64,000 nucleotides of DNA from Halodesulfurarchaeum sp. (GTDB lineage Archaea; Halobacteriota; Halobacteria; Halobacteriales; Halobacteriaceae), in the NCBI GenBank assembly GCA_034520565.1, contig JAXHNL010000002.1, positions 832,001 to 896,000 of the forward strand, read 5' to 3'. The notes under the pieces were generated by a model that was not told where the DNA came from, did not search any database, and saw nothing but the letters and a program-made list of their open reading frames with translations. Of this stretch, positions 39,201 through 51,422 are shown one piece after another (position 1 is the first letter of the stretch; every line of letters begins with the position of its first letter). A program made the translations under genes and the position numbers.

Positions 39201-39785
39201 ATGGGACAGGATTACGTCACGTCCATTCGCGAGCAGCGCGAGCAGAAGGCGGCCTATTTCGCCGAGAGCCCGCGGTCGCCCATCCCCCATACGGCCCAGA
39301 GCGAATTCCCGGGACTCGACTACTTTCCCGTCGACGAATCGATGCGTTTCGAGGTGGCGCTCCACGAACACGAGGATCCGGACAGCCTGACCGTCGAGAC
39401 CACCGCCGGCAACGCCAAGGAGTACCTCGAGTGGGGCGAATTCGCCATCGAGATCGACGGCGAGGCGGTCACGCTCCAGGCCTACAAGGGCGATGCGAGC
39501 GAGGACCGGCTCTGGGTTCCCTTCAGAGACGAGACGAACGGGGAGGAAACCTATGCGGCGGGCCGGTATCTCGACCTCGAGCGGGAGAGCCACTCTCGTG
39601 ACGGGGGCTGGGTTCTCGACTTCAACGAGGCCTACAACCCGACGTGTGCGTACAACGAGGGCTACGAGTGTCCCCTCATTCCCATGGAAAACTGGCTCGA
39701 CGTGCGAATCGAGGCCGGCGAGAAAGACTTCCAGGCGAACCGCACGATCCGCATCACCACTGACCGACGACGACCGGCAGACTGA
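39201..39785 (+). CDS. DUF1684 family protein
   Basis: PFRDETNGEETYAAGRYLD, LDFNEAYNPTCAY…CP…EN…IEAGEK; true end may be TGA at 39761-39763 if one base is missing near 39731. Confidence 0.88.
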   Translation: MGQDYVTSIREQREQKAAYFAESPRSPIPHTAQSEFPGLDYFPVDESMRFEVALHEHEDPDSLTVETTAGNAKEYLEWGEFAIEIDGEAVTLQAYKGDASEDRLWVPFRDETNGEETYAAGRYLDLERESHSRDGGWVLDFNEAYNPTCAYNEGYECPLIPMENWLDVRIEAGEKDFQANRTIRITTDRRRPAD

Positions 39786-39811
39786 TTCCTGCTGCCTGGG
39801 CAGTTCTCGGC

Positions 39812-43092
<3,281 letters not shown>

Positions 43093-43141
43093 TACCGATT
43101 GAAACCCGCACATCGTAATAAGTCCGGCGAAAGATTCCAGT

Positions 43142-43168
43142 TTTCGCAACTCGATTTCGAAATTCGAA
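43142..43168 (-). promoter_or_regulatory. Putative operator upstream of carB, matching the carA site
   Basis: Minus strand TTCGAATTTCGAAATCGAGTTGCGAAA vs carA TTCGAATTTCGTAATTCAACTACGAAA (21/27 identical). Confidence 0.65.
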
Positions 43169-43184
43169 GCATTGATCGCCGGTT

Positions 43185-43430
43185 TCAGTGGGTCAGGACC
43201 AGAAGCCTGGAATCGGTGGCCCGGAGACAGATCGGGTCCGCTGGCGCCTTCGAGAACGAAAGCGACTGGCTCTCGGTCACGAGCAGACGGTCGAACGGCT
43301 CGTCACAGACCGGGCAGGTGTACTCCTCGCGATTGGCAAGGGTCATCGTCTCCCCGCCCTGGCGCAGCAGTTTGAGTCCCTCGCGGTAGTCGTGGACGGA
43401 AAACCCGTCCTCGACGTCGAGTGTCGGCAT
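43185..43430 (-). CDS. Small CPxC zinc-finger-like protein
   Basis: [22 protein letters not shown]…[13 protein letters not shown]…IC…LLVLTH, 81 aa. Confidence 0.75.
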   Translation of the reverse strand: MPTLDVEDGFSVHDYREGLKLLRQGGETMTLANREEYTCPVCDEPFDRLLVTESQSLSFSKAPADPICLRATDSRLLVLTH

Positions 43431-43537
43431 CGACTGCGCAGAGGGGTCTCCCCGGAATAGGTCCTGTGACAGGCGCTTTCCGGTGTGACCGGCCAGCAAG
43501 GCCGCCCGAATCCCGCACCCGAGTCGCTGCCCCGAAC

Positions 43538-44404
43538 TCAGTAAAACGTCTCGACCAGCTCGTCGTATGCCTTCATCAACCGTTTCGTCACCGGCCCAAT
43601 CGCGAATTCGCGGCCGTCCAGCGTGCCGACCGGCCAGACCTCCCCGGTGGTGTTCGTCAGGAACAGTTCGTCCGCGTCTTCGACCTTCTTTAGGCGGTAG
43701 CGTCCGGTCTCGACCGGAATCTCCAGGTCCGCAGCCAGATCCAGGACCACCTCGCGGGTCACGCCCGGCAGAATCGGTCCCTCGAGGGAGGGCGTGTGGA
43801 GGACGCCATCCGCCACGAAGAACACGTTTGCCGTCGTCCCCTCCGCGACGTACCCGTCGGTATCGAGGAGGAGGGCGTCGTCGGCCTCGACCGTTCCGGT
43901 CTCGTCCCGGAGTTCGAGTCTGGCGAGAATACCGTTGAGGTAGTTGTGGGTTTTCAACCCGGGTGGGATCGCTTCGGGGTGATTCCGCCGCGTTTCGACG
44001 GTCTGGAGCACCGCGGGCCCGTCCCAACGTGGTTCGCCCTCGACGCCGGCTCGGGGGAGTTCCGAGACGATGACCACGACCGTCGGATCGACCTCGGGTT
44101 GCGGGGTCAACGCCCCGGGTTGGACGCCCCGGGTGATCGACACCCGCACGTACGCGTCCGCGAGGTCGTTCGCTTCGAGGGTCGCGTCGACGCGCTCGCG
44201 GAGATTCTCTGGGATCACGTCGGGCATCCCGAGGGCCACACAGGTCCCTTCGAGACGGTTCAGGTGGGCGTCCCACTCGAAAAGCGTGCCACCGTAGGCC
44301 CGCAACGTCTCGAAAGCCGCGTCGCCGTACTTGAATCCACGGTCCGCGACGTTGACGGTCGCCCGTTCGGCGGGCACCAGCTCGCCGTTCACGTGGTACT
44401 GCAT
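43538..44404 (-). CDS. pabC: Aminodeoxychorismate lyase / class IV aminotransferase
   Basis: DRGFKYGDAAFET, KTHNYL, EGTTANVF, LPGVTR; downstream of pabB-pabA. Confidence 0.85.
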   Translation of the reverse strand: MQYHVNGELVPAERATVNVADRGFKYGDAAFETLRAYGGTLFEWDAHLNRLEGTCVALGMPDVIPENLRERVDATLEANDLADAYVRVSITRGVQPGALTPQPEVDPTVVVIVSELPRAGVEGEPRWDGPAVLQTVETRRNHPEAIPPGLKTHNYLNGILARLELRDETGTVEADDALLLDTDGYVAEGTTANVFFVADGVLHTPSLEGPILPGVTREVVLDLAADLEIPVETGRYRLKKVEDADELFLTNTTGEVWPVGTLDGREFAIGPVTKRLMKAYDELVETFY

Positions 44405-45030
44405 ACTCGCGTTACGAACGCCTCGATGATATCTTTCCCCTTCGGTGTCAGGATGCTCTCGGGGTGGTACTGGACGCCGAAGTGTGGTTTGTCCTCGTGG
44501 CGCACGCCCATCACCAGTTCCGGTTCGTCGTCGGTCCAGGCGGTCTCTTCGAGACACGCCGGGAGGTTCCGGCGCTCGACTCCGAGGGAGTGGTACCGCC
44601 CGGCTTCGAATGCCGTGGGGAGCCCTTCGTACATCCCCTCGCCGTCGTGGGTCACGACCGACGATTTCCCGTGCACTACTCCGGGTGCGTGATCGACGGG
44701 GGATCCGTGCACCGCACAGAGTGCCTGATGGCCGAGACAGACGCCGAGGGTGGGATAGTCGAGTTCGTCGAAGACGGGCATGGACACGCCCGCTTCCTGG
44801 GGGATTCCCGGGCCGGGCGAGACGATGATCCCGTCGGGATCCAGCTCCCGGACCTCGTCGATCGAGATCGCGTCGTTTCGCCTGACGGTCACCCGCCCGG
44901 CGAACTCCCCGGCGTACTGGACGAGGTTGTACGCGAAGGAATCGTAGTTGTCGATCACGAGGACGTGGGGGGTACAGTTCTCGTCGGCTTCCACGGCCCT
45001 CGGTCCACCGGTCTCCTCACTCGCGGTCAT
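44389..45030 (-). CDS. pabA: Aminodeoxychorismate synthase component II (glutamine amidotransferase)
   Basis: IDNYDSF, SPGPG, GVCLGHQ, RYHSL, QYHPES. Confidence 0.9.
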   Translation of the reverse strand: MTASEETGGPRAVEADENCTPHVLVIDNYDSFAYNLVQYAGEFAGRVTVRRNDAISIDEVRELDPDGIIVSPGPGIPQEAGVSMPVFDELDYPTLGVCLGHQALCAVHGSPVDHAPGVVHGKSSVVTHDGEGMYEGLPTAFEAGRYHSLGVERRNLPACLEETAWTDDEPELVMGVRHEDKPHFGVQYHPESILTPKGKDIIEAFVTRVCSTT

Positions 45031-46478
45031 TCCCCCACCTCCATCTCGCCGGCTTCGAGGGCCGCGTCGACGGCGTTGAGCAGCGCCCGGGCCTTATCGA
45101 GGGTCTCCTCGTACTCCAGATCGGGGACCGAGTCGTGAACGATGCCCCCGCCAACGCGGAGATGGTACTCGTCCTCGTGCCTGACGAGCGTTCGGATGAC
45201 GATGTTGAGCGTGGCGCGCCCGTCAAAGCCGATGGCGGCCATGCTCCCGGTGTAGGGACCGCGCCGGGTCGACTCCACTTCCTCGATGATCTCCATCGTC
45301 CGCGGCTTTGGCGCCCCGGTGATCGTCCCGCCGGGGAACATCGCGCGGATGGCGTCGACCACGCCCGCGTCGGGACGGAGCCGTCCCGAGACGAGCGAAA
45401 CGAGGTGCATCACCTCGGAGTAGCGATCGACCCGGCGGTACTCGTCCACGGTAACGGTCCCGTACTCGGAAACCTTCCCGAGATCGTTTCGCTCGAGGTC
45501 CACGAGCATGGCGTGCTCGGCCCGCTCCTTCTCGTCGCCGGTGAGATCTGTCTCGAGCGCCTGGTCGTCAGCGTCGGTTTCCCCGCGCGGTCGCGTGCCG
45601 GCGATCGGTTCGGTCTCGACGCGATCACCCTCCCGCTCGAGGAGGAGTTCGGGACTCGCGCTCACGAGGTCGACGCCGGGGAATTCGATCAGTCCCGAAT
45701 AGGGGGCGGGGTTCACCGTCCGGAGTGCGTCGAAGGCCTCGACGGGATGGACCGCAGCTGGGGCCTCCAGCCGCTGTGAGATATTGACCTGGAAGGTGTC
45801 TCCCTCGCGGATGTACTCCTTGACGGTGCCGACCCGCTCGGCGTAGGCCACCCGGTCGGTCGAACTCTCGAACTCGGCGGTGTTCGTGGCGACCGGCGGC
45901 TCGCCCGCGTCGGGATCGCCCACCCGTATCCGCTCTGCGAGCGCTTCCAACCTGCCGACGCCGTGCTCGTAGGCCGCTTCGGGATCCTCCCCGATCCGGG
46001 GCGAGGCCACGATCGAGAGGGTCGGCTCGCCCTCGATCGGCATCCGCCAGGCGGCGATGGCGTCGTAGATCCCCATCTGGAGGTGCGGGAGCCCGCGGTC
46101 GTCCACCGCGTCCGCGGGCAGATCCTCCAGATCCCGGACCACGTCATAGGAGAGCCAGCCGAAGAGCCCACCCGGGTACGGGATCTCGCAGTCGGTCTCG
46201 ACCAGGTCCTCGTCCGCCAGATAGGTTTCGAGCCGGTCCAGGGCGCCCGGGCCGTCGACGGTCAGGAAGTCGCTCGGGTCGACGCCGAAGTAGCCCCACC
46301 CCTCGCGGCCGCCGGAGGTCTCGAAGAAGACGGACGGCTCCGACCCGCGTGCCCGCCGATAGGCCGCCCAGGGATCCGCTTCGACGGTCCCGACGATCGG
46401 GGCCCGGGCGTTCGCGGGGGCGCCGGCGGCCCGTTCGAGGAACGTCGAACGGGACGTCGTTACCGTGAACGCAGCCAT
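45027..46478 (-). CDS. pabB: Aminodeoxychorismate synthase component I
   Basis: [50 protein letters not shown]. Confidence 0.9.
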   Translation of the reverse strand: MAAFTVTTSRSTFLERAAGAPANARAPIVGTVEADPWAAYRRARGSEPSVFFETSGGREGWGYFGVDPSDFLTVDGPGALDRLETYLADEDLVETDCEIPYPGGLFGWLSYDVVRDLEDLPADAVDDRGLPHLQMGIYDAIAAWRMPIEGEPTLSIVASPRIGEDPEAAYEHGVGRLEALAERIRVGDPDAGEPPVATNTAEFESSTDRVAYAERVGTVKEYIREGDTFQVNISQRLEAPAAVHPVEAFDALRTVNPAPYSGLIEFPGVDLVSASPELLLEREGDRVETEPIAGTRPRGETDADDQALETDLTGDEKERAEHAMLVDLERNDLGKVSEYGTVTVDEYRRVDRYSEVMHLVSLVSGRLRPDAGVVDAIRAMFPGGTITGAPKPRTMEIIEEVESTRRGPYTGSMAAIGFDGRATLNIVIRTLVRHEDEYHLRVGGGIVHDSVPDLEYEETLDKARALLNAVDAALEAGEMEVGE

Positions 46479-46579
46479 TAGTCGTGGAAGGTTTGCGCCG
46501 ATTCAAGACACTTTGGGTCTTGCTCGGTCCTGCCGTTGGTTGGGTACACAGGTGGGCGTGATCGACTTGCCCGGCAACT

Positions 46580-46727
46580 TCGCCCGCTACGCGGGCTCGT
46601 CCCACTCGTCCTCGAAAAACTGGTGGACGAGGTCCACCATTGTCCCCCTCGCTCCGCTCGCGGGACTCCCCTGGATTTCGAGGCCGCCCTCGCCCGCTAC
46701 GCGGGCTCGTCCCACTCGTCCTCGAAA
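46580..46727. repeat. 38-bp direct repeat duplicating the 3' end of the upstream CDS, separated by a hairpin-rich spacer
   Basis: tcgcccgctacgcgggctcgtcccactcgtcctcgaaa at 46580-46617 and 46690-46727; spacer has ggtggac/gtccacc and gtccc/gggac stems and ctcgctccgctcg. Confidence 0.92.
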
Positions 46728-47239
46728 TCCCGCACCGACCGGTATTCCTCGACGAACTCGCGCACGTCGAACTCGGCCCGGTGCTCGCTGAAGGCGTCGG
46801 TTGCCGAATCGTCCCCGGCCGCCGTCACCGCCTGGGCCATCACCTCGAGGACGGTCCGGACGACGATCTCGTGGAACTCGCGGGCGTCGAAGTCCGCGAT
46901 CCAGGCCGCCGCGTAACCGACGGAGCCGTCCTCGCTCGCGTCGTGGGCGACGACCTGCTCCGGATGGGCGTCCATCACGAGTCCCATGAGCGGGACCATG
47001 CCGAACTCCGCCATTTCCGTGCCCTCGGCCGCGAGGGTCTCCGCGAGGACCTCGGTCACCGATTCCGGCAGGAATCGAGAGGGCGGGTGGGGATCGAGCA
47101 CGACGGCGTGCTGTTTTCCACAATCACACCTGAACTCTCGGAGGCCCAGATCCAGGTCGTCGCTCACGATGGTCTCGCCACAGGACAACTCGATCGGCTG
47201 GCCGCTCGGTCCCGTCGGAACCCCGGGTTGGGCCGTCAT
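46697..47239 (-). CDS. Conserved haloarchaeal protein (DUF5815-like) with Cys/His cluster
   Basis: LSCGE…DLDLGLREFRCDCGKQHAVV.D.HPPSRF; ATGA overlap with upstream gene. Confidence 0.8.
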   Translation of the reverse strand: MTAQPGVPTGPSGQPIELSCGETIVSDDLDLGLREFRCDCGKQHAVVLDPHPPSRFLPESVTEVLAETLAAEGTEMAEFGMVPLMGLVMDAHPEQVVAHDASEDGSVGYAAAWIADFDAREFHEIVVRTVLEVMAQAVTAAGDDSATDAFSEHRAEFDVREFVEEYRSVRDFEDEWDEPA

Positions 47240-47649
47240 GGCCAATCCTCCCGGTCCGGTTCGCCATCAGGCTTCCGCTGTTCGCCCACTGTCCAGCCCG
47301 CCGCGTCGGCGGCCTCCTCGACTGGCAGGTACTCCCAGCCCGCGGCCTCGGCCCGTTCGCGATCCCGTTCGGTCGTCCCGATCATGACGTAGCGGTCGGA
47401 TTCGAACTGTTCGCGAACGCTTTCGAGTGTGTCCTGGGCGCCCTTCGGCCCCGAAAAGAAGTCCTCGCGGATGCGTCGCTTCCGGGTGAAGTTCGTCAGC
47501 ACGTGTGTCGGTTCCTCGGCCGACACGACGCCTGCATACCGGGTCCATTGCCGGGCGTCCGCGAATGCGGTCCCCGGCTCGGCCAGGGCCTGCAGAGCCG
47601 AGAGGTCGAAGGCAAGCGTCATTTCCCCGCCCGCGTCCGGCGTGTCCAT
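47236..47649 (-). CDS. Conserved haloarchaeal protein (degenerate HAD-like)
   Basis: MTLAFDLSAL…DARQWTRYAGVVS…DFFSGP…RYVMIG…GWEYLPVEEAA. Confidence 0.8.
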   Translation of the reverse strand: MDTPDAGGEMTLAFDLSALQALAEPGTAFADARQWTRYAGVVSAEEPTHVLTNFTRKRRIREDFFSGPKGAQDTLESVREQFESDRYVMIGTTERDRERAEAAGWEYLPVEEAADAAGWTVGEQRKPDGEPDREDWP

Positions 47650-47700
47650 GTACCGGTCTCGGGGAGAATCGCGCAAAACGGCTTCGGTCCGGAACGGTGA

Positions 47701-48957
47701 TTAGAGATCGACGTCGACGTCCAGATCGTCCAGATCGAAGGTCTCCTGCAGGAGGACGTCCTTCTGGTCGGCCACGTCGGCGCCGCTCAGGATGAGTTTC
47801 TTGTACTTGGACTGGGCGGAGAGATCGCCGATGAGGACGCCACCGATGAGCTGGCCGTCCTCGAAGGTGAGCCGCCGCCAGGAGGTCTCGTTGTACTTCC
47901 GCTCGGCCTCGTCGTCACCCTCGGTGGGGTAGCCAAAGGAGAGGAACGGGAAGTCGAAGTGGGTGATCGAGTAGGAGGAGACCCAGCGGAACTCCTCGGT
48001 CTCGACGTCAGCTCCCTGATCGGCCAGCATCGTCCGGGCGGCCAGGCTGCCCTGCTCCTTCGCCGACCCCCACGAGCCGTTCTGGGCTTCCCCGCCGATG
48101 ACCGGGTCGTAAAAGGTTACGATGTCGCCGGCCGCGTAGATGTCCTCGGCGTCGGTCCGCATGTACTCGTCCGTGTGGATGCCGCCGTTGGTCTCCACGC
48201 TCGTCCCCTGGAGGAGTTCGGTGTTAAAGTTGAGCCCGATGGCGGCCCCGACGAAGCGGCTCTCGTAGCGGTCGTCGTTGGCGTCGATCGTGGCCACGAC
48301 GTGGTCCTCGTCGTCGGTTTCGAATCGCTCGACGCCGGACTCGAGGACGAGTTCGACGCCTAGGTCTCGCATCGCCTCGTGCATGATCTCCGCGCCCTCG
48401 AGGCTCAGCGCGTAGCGCCACCAGCGGTTGCCACGCATGATGTACCACGCGTCATCGAGGTCGTGGGCGCCGGCGATTGCGGCCAGGTCGATGCCGAGCA
48501 GGCCGGCCCCGACGATCACGGCGGTGTCCGCTTTCTCCATCCCCTCGCGGATGTCCCGGGCGTCCTCGAACGTCCAGAAGTGGTGGATTCCGTCGGCGTG
48601 GCTCCCGGGGACCGGAAGCTGGGCGGGCGTTCCGCCCGTAGCGACCAGCAGCTTGTCGTAGCCGATCGTGTCGCCTTGGTGGGTATGGACCTCGTGGGCC
48701 TCCTCGTCCACGCTCGTGACGTAAGTGTTCAACTGGAGGTCGATGTCCCGATCCGCGTACCAGCTATCCTCGTGAATCGACACCGGCCCCTCGGGCATCT
48801 TGCCTTTCGCGTACTCCTTGATCAGGATCCGGTTGTAAAGCGCCTCGCCCTCGTCGGTGATGACGGTGACCTCGGCGTCATCGTCGTGTTTCCGGATTTC
48901 CTCGGCGGCGGTGCTCCCCGCGATTCCATCGCCAACAATCACGAACGATCCACTCAT
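47701..48957 (-). CDS. NAD(P)/FAD-dependent oxidoreductase (ferredoxin reductase-like)
   Basis: IVGDGIAG, YDKLLVATGG, VGAGLLG, IYAAGD. Confidence 0.9.
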   Translation of the reverse strand: MSGSFVIVGDGIAGSTAAEEIRKHDDDAEVTVITDEGEALYNRILIKEYAKGKMPEGPVSIHEDSWYADRDIDLQLNTYVTSVDEEAHEVHTHQGDTIGYDKLLVATGGTPAQLPVPGSHADGIHHFWTFEDARDIREGMEKADTAVIVGAGLLGIDLAAIAGAHDLDDAWYIMRGNRWWRYALSLEGAEIMHEAMRDLGVELVLESGVERFETDDEDHVVATIDANDDRYESRFVGAAIGLNFNTELLQGTSVETNGGIHTDEYMRTDAEDIYAAGDIVTFYDPVIGGEAQNGSWGSAKEQGSLAARTMLADQGADVETEEFRWVSSYSITHFDFPFLSFGYPTEGDDEAERKYNETSWRRLTFEDGQLIGGVLIGDLSAQSKYKKLILSGADVADQKDVLLQETFDLDDLDVDVDL

Positions 48958-48993
48958 ACCTCGGCACTTCTCCGTCGCCCTTAATGTGGATTG

Positions 48994-49692
48994 CTATATC
49001 CGCCAGGGAGTGTCTCCTGTGACCGATTGTCGGGGGTCGGCGCCCCTGAGTATTTGGGTGGCGTCCCCCCACAGTGGCTCGCCGTGACCTGGCGCAAGCA
49101 GCGAGACGGGTGGCAGTCTCTCGGCCACCGTCTCGATGCTGTCCGCGAGTCTGTCCCCGTCCTCGTTGAAAAACCAGGGTGGCAGCGAGAGCGATTCCCC
49201 GTCGCTCATCGCGAGATCGCCGATGAAGGCAACCTCGTGTTTTTCACTCGCGTAGACGACGTGGCCCATCGTGTGCCCCGGCGAATGGATCGCGGTGAAA
49301 CTGCCGAATTTCTCGCCGTCTTCTATGGGCCTCACCGACGACGCGGGTGGTCGCGTGACGAACGCGCCGAGGTGCTGGGATCCTCGCTTGAGACTGTCAA
49401 ACCCAGGTCGACGGGTTCCCGCGACGAACGCGGCGTCCGGCTCGCCGGCGTGGATCTTTGGCCTCCCTGGAAGTGCGGAAAGCGCCCCGACGTGATCGAG
49501 ATCGTAATGGGTCAGGAGGACGCGTTTGACGGCGGCTGGATCGAACCCGGCCCGTTCGATCTCGGCACGTATCCGTCTCCCACTCCAGGGAAGCCCCGCG
49601 TCGAACAGCACGAGCACGTCATCCCGGACGAGATAGGCGTTCACGTACCCCAGTTCGAGCAGCCAGATGTCCTCGGAGAGCGCTCGTGGCAT
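48994..49692 (-). CDS. MBL-fold metallo-hydrolase
   Basis: VNAYL, DAG, THYDLDHVG, PGHTMGH, GD, PGHG. Confidence 0.88.
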   Translation of the reverse strand: MPRALSEDIWLLELGYVNAYLVRDDVLVLFDAGLPWSGRRIRAEIERAGFDPAAVKRVLLTHYDLDHVGALSALPGRPKIHAGEPDAAFVAGTRRPGFDSLKRGSQHLGAFVTRPPASSVRPIEDGEKFGSFTAIHSPGHTMGHVVYASEKHEVAFIGDLAMSDGESLSLPPWFFNEDGDRLADSIETVAERLPPVSLLAPGHGEPLWGDATQILRGADPRQSVTGDTPWRI

Positions 49693-49724
49693 TCCAGCTT
49701 GAAAGCAAACCCCAGCGATAGGTT

Positions 49725-49964
49725 TCAGGTCCCGCCGTAGACGATTTCGGCGATCACCCGTCGTTCGCCTTCGTCGTCATCGTTCTCGTACTTGTAGCGA
49801 ACGTCCGATTCCTCGTCGGCGGTTGCAGCGTGGGAACCGTCACAGAAGGGGTACTCCGCGGAGAGCCCGCACATGCAGATGGCGACGTCGCCTTTCGTCT
49901 CGTCGATGTCGCTCTCGTCGATGCGTAAGGGGCCGCGCGCGTCGTGAGTGATCTCCCGGGGCAT
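49725..49964 (-). CDS. CDGSH iron-sulfur domain protein
   Basis: ICMCGLSAEYPFCDGSH. Confidence 0.92.
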   Translation of the reverse strand: MPREITHDARGPLRIDESDIDETKGDVAICMCGLSAEYPFCDGSHAATADEESDVRYKYENDDDEGERRVIAEIVYGGT

Positions 49965-50021
49965 AGGTCGATTTTTGTCGGCCGGCTACTTATATTGGGT
50001 CGCTACTGTCGGTTTTCCGTG

Positions 50022-51329
50022 CTACCGCCCGAGGATCAGGTCGGCGACTTCGTACCCCGCAACGATTCCGCCGTCGAGACTCCGCTCTGGATACTGCGCC
50101 CGCGAGGCCATGCCGGCGTAGTAGACCCCCTCCCCGACCGCATCGCCCAGATCGGACGGAACGACTTTTTCGAGGTACCCTCGCTCGTAGACCGGCGCGG
50201 TTCGCGGGTTGCGGGCCGTCTCGATCCAGTTCACCGACTCGCGATCGAAATCGGGGAAGAGGAACTCGATCCCCTCGAGCCACTGCTCCTCGATCTCCGA
50301 GTCCTCGGCTTCGAAGAGCGGGTCGAATGCGGACTGGACGTACTTCGGCACGTAAAGCAGGTGCTCGCCACCGTATCGGTCCGGATCGACGAAGTTCGTA
50401 TGCTCGATGAGCGCGCCAAAGGGCGCCTCGTCGCCGATGTTCAGCCAGTAGGTGTCCGTCAGCGGTTCGTCCATCGAGAGCACCGAGCAGACCGTGCCCT
50501 GGAAGTCGATCTCGCAGGTGTAGCCGGTCAGGGCTTCGAGCACGTCGGGCATCGTCGCGACGACGACGTCCTCGACCGGTCGCGTCCCGGACTCCTCGCC
50601 ATCGACAGTCACCGATTCGACGCCCGCGTCCCCCACCGTGACGTCGGTCACGCGAGTGCCGGTGACGATTCGCTCCTCGCCGATCTCCTCGACCAGCGCC
50701 TCCACGAGCCGACCGAAACCCCCTTCGAGGTAGCCGAGTGGCTCCCCGCGGAGCAGGTCTCGTTCGCCGCGGAACCGGACCCGTCCGAGGAGCCAGGCGG
50801 CACTCACGTCGTCCTTGCGCGAGCCGAACTTCGCTTCGAGGAGTGGCAGGAAGAAGTTCTCGTAGACGCCGTCGGTCGTATGCTCTCGGACGAACGCCTC
50901 GAGGGGAACGTCCTCGTAGGCGTCGAGTTCCTCGTAGGCGTCGAAGTCCGGAATCCCGCCCCGGACGTCGACCCCGAGCACGAGCATACCCAGTCGAAAC
51001 GTGTCGTAGAGGCTCAAGTACGGGTACGCCGCGATCTCCCAGGGCGTATCGAGCGGATAGACGGTCCCCTCCATGTAGTAGGCGTTCTTGCCGATCGGCC
51101 AGTCCAGATCCGCCCCGAGCCCGAGTTCCTCGATCAACTCGACGATCGTCTCCTCGGACTTCGAGAGGTGGTGGTAGTACTGCTCGATCGGATCGCCGCT
51201 CGTCTCGTAGGTCCCCGCCAGCCCGCCGATCTGGTTGGCCGCCTCGTAGATCCGCACGTGGCGGCCCGCACGCGTGAGTCGATACCCGGCGGCGAGTCCG
51301 GCGATGCCGCCGCCGACGATGGCGATCAT
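50022..51329 (-). CDS. FAD-dependent oxidoreductase (amine oxidase/protoporphyrinogen oxidase-like)
   Basis: MIAIVGGGIAGL…YEA…GGLA, IEQYYHH, YPERSLDG. Confidence 0.88.
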   Translation of the reverse strand: MIAIVGGGIAGLAAGYRLTRAGRHVRIYEAANQIGGLAGTYETSGDPIEQYYHHLSKSEETIVELIEELGLGADLDWPIGKNAYYMEGTVYPLDTPWEIAAYPYLSLYDTFRLGMLVLGVDVRGGIPDFDAYEELDAYEDVPLEAFVREHTTDGVYENFFLPLLEAKFGSRKDDVSAAWLLGRVRFRGERDLLRGEPLGYLEGGFGRLVEALVEEIGEERIVTGTRVTDVTVGDAGVESVTVDGEESGTRPVEDVVVATMPDVLEALTGYTCEIDFQGTVCSVLSMDEPLTDTYWLNIGDEAPFGALIEHTNFVDPDRYGGEHLLYVPKYVQSAFDPLFEAEDSEIEEQWLEGIEFLFPDFDRESVNWIETARNPRTAPVYERGYLEKVVPSDLGDAVGEGVYYAGMASRAQYPERSLDGGIVAGYEVADLILGR

Positions 51330-51422
51330 ATCTTCGTGTCCGCGAGCCGGGTGGAATAGGATTGTGGTCCGTCTGCCGGGGAATCTTAAAACCTTTCCCC
51401 GTCCAACTGCTCCGTACGCACA

